A stretch of 61,695 nt of DNA, the filler included. It is 8 parts of 8 records of this genome, joined end to end, with 100 filler letters (N's around TTAATTAATTAA, not from the genome) between each part and the next. Parts side by side here need not be neighbours in the genome. Positions count along the whole stretch, not along the records: positions 54,819 to 61,695 come from SRR31147125_24554; 7 more parts are not named here. The stretch is one strand, 5' to 3'. The translations under genes and the position numbers were made by a program. Shown here piece by piece: positions 60,398-61,695 of this stretch. Under the pieces are notes generated by a model that was not told the DNA's origin, did no database searches, and saw only the letters and a program-made list of their open reading frames with translations. Within the stretch, counting starts at the first letter, position 1; every line of letters starts with the position of its first letter.

Positions 60398-61633
60398 TTA
60401 TTTATACAAATAATAAACCTTAGCCTCTTCTTTAAATTCTGCAGCAGGTTTTTCCCACATTTCCCGAATATCATCGTAGCTATAATTCTTCATAAAAGCT
60501 TCGCGGATTTTATTGCTGCCGGCCACTTTGTCGAACATGTTAAAACGCCCGGGATTGGCAGTAAAGGTTGAACTGTCGGGAACCAATTCGTGCGCTGCTT
60601 CAATTAGTCGAAATTGAATTTCGGTGAGATTTACCTTTTTGTAATCGGTAATATGAATTTGAACTCCCGAATGTTCTTCACCTTTCTTTTTCATGTAATA
60701 AGGTTTAAAACTAATTGGGCGAAAGATGACGCCTTCTAAATCAAAGCGATTCATCTCTATGGCGAAGTCGTTGCTGTTTAACCATCGAGTTACAAATACC
60801 TCGAAAGGAAGCGTGTACCCAATTCCTATTGAGTTAGCGTCGAGTTCTCCAATAATTCCTGTAACCGAATAAAAATATGCCGAATTTCCGCGTGGGATAT
60901 GTGGCGATGTTGGTATCCAGGGCAAACAGGTTTCTGCAAACGACATGCAACGGCTCCAGTTTTTCATTTTAATAACTTGTAGTTTACATTTTTTACCATC
61001 TTTAAGCAAACCTTTTTCGTTAATATAAACAGCCAGTTCTCCCGGAGTAAATCCATAAACATAAGGAATAGGAAACTGGCTTACAAACGAAAAATATCCA
61101 TCTTCTACCAAAGCTCCTTCAACACGATTTCCTCCCAAAGGATTCGGACGGTCGAGTACCACAAATTCAATATCATTTTCGGCAGCGGCTTCCATTGTCA
61201 ATCCCATTGTGCTAATGTAGGTGTACGAGCGTGCGCCAATATCCTGAATGTCGTAAACCAGCACATCAATACCTTTCAGCATTTCTGCGTTGGGCTTTCG
61301 AGTTTTTCCATAAAGCGAAAATACCTTGATCCCGGTTTGGGGATCCACGTTGCTGTCTACTTTGTCGCCGGCCGAGAAATTTCCACGAACACCGTGTTCC
61401 GGGCCGTAAAGCGCCACCAAATTCACTTCCTTTGCTTCAGCTAAAATATCTACAGTCGATTTTAATTTAGAATCAACACCTGTTGGATTGGTAATTAAAC
61501 CTACATTTTTGCCTTGTAATATCTCAAAATTAGAAGCACGTAAAACTTCAATGCCGGGCATGGTTTGCTTTTGTTTTCCCCAGGAAATTTGAAAAATAAA
61601 CAAGGATAAAAACAGGATTGATATAAGTTTCAT
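60398..61633 (-). CDS. namZ: DUF1343 exo-beta-N-acetylmuramidase
   Basis: GLITNPTG, GPEHG, SLYG, YDIQDIGARSYTY and LDRPNPLGG. Confidence 0.88.
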   Translation of the reverse strand: MKLISILFLSLFIFQISWGKQKQTMPGIEVLRASNFEILQGKNVGLITNPTGVDSKLKSTVDILAEAKEVNLVALYGPEHGVRGNFSAGDKVDSNVDPQTGIKVFSLYGKTRKPNAEMLKGIDVLVYDIQDIGARSYTYISTMGLTMEAAAENDIEFVVLDRPNPLGGNRVEGALVEDGYFSFVSQFPIPYVYGFTPGELAVYINEKGLLKDGKKCKLQVIKMKNWSRCMSFAETCLPWIPTSPHIPRGNSAYFYSVTGIIGELDANSIGIGYTLPFEVFVTRWLNSNDFAIEMNRFDLEGVIFRPISFKPYYMKKKGEEHSGVQIHITDYKKVNLTEIQFRLIEAAHELVPDSSTFTANPGRFNMFDKVAGSNKIREAFMKNYSYDDIREMWEKPAAEFKEEAKVYYLYK

Positions 61634-61695
61634 GGTTGGTGTTTTTACTTTTATGAATATACGTATTGTGATATATCTTTTGTTCGTGCGTCATG

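Noticed and set aside
20-61633. Many short antisense or overlapping ORFs in the track (e.g. 20-262, 41936-42523, 50409-51014)
   Set aside because: They are shadows of well-supported genes in another strand or frame, with no recognisable motifs.

Overview
This window is not one locus. It is eight unrelated assembly contigs joined by 100-nt N-spacers carrying a TTAATTAATTAA six-frame stop linker, so gene neighbourhoods apply only within a contig. Many genes are split by single-base homopolymer indels, probably sequencing errors. (1) 1-9450: dhaL fragment, SorC-type regulator and an L-rhamnose ABC/catabolic operon. (2) 9551-20676: GntR-LacI regulator, sugar ABC transporter, two FAD oxidoreductases, a 2-hydroxyacid dehydrogenase, nanA, a YhcH-family gene and an unannotated decayed sialidase-like gene. 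(3) 20777-25900: large DUF4091-type glycoside hydrolase, beta-barrel protein and ABC-2 permease. (4) 26001-32871: polyhydroxyalkanoate (PHA) locus, possibly deltaproteobacterial, with three PHA-synthase-like hydrolases, PhaJ, two phasins, a GAF-only protein and PhaR-like boxes. (5) 32972-43613: sugar ABC transporter with three URO-D/MtaA-fold proteins, a mutarotase and two LacI regulators. (6) 43714-49249: a Bacteroidota contig with the most striking signal, an integron-like gene-cassette array with no integrase in view. It has two ~131-bp attC-like hairpins and complementary cassette ends. Cassette 1 carries an uncharacterised Zn-ribbon protein plus a membrane-anchored triple-S1-domain protein (candidate anti-phage system); cassette 2 is a self-promoted ParDE toxin-antitoxin. 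A HipA-like kinase/DUF3037 pair follows. (7) 49350-54718: ECF-sigma tail, unknown helical protein, Ser/Thr kinase and a large J-like/TPR/multi-zinc-finger membrane protein. (8) 54819-61695: Bacteroidota sulfatase and a FadR-linked peptidoglycan-recycling cluster. All family assignments come from motif recognition by eye, not database searches.
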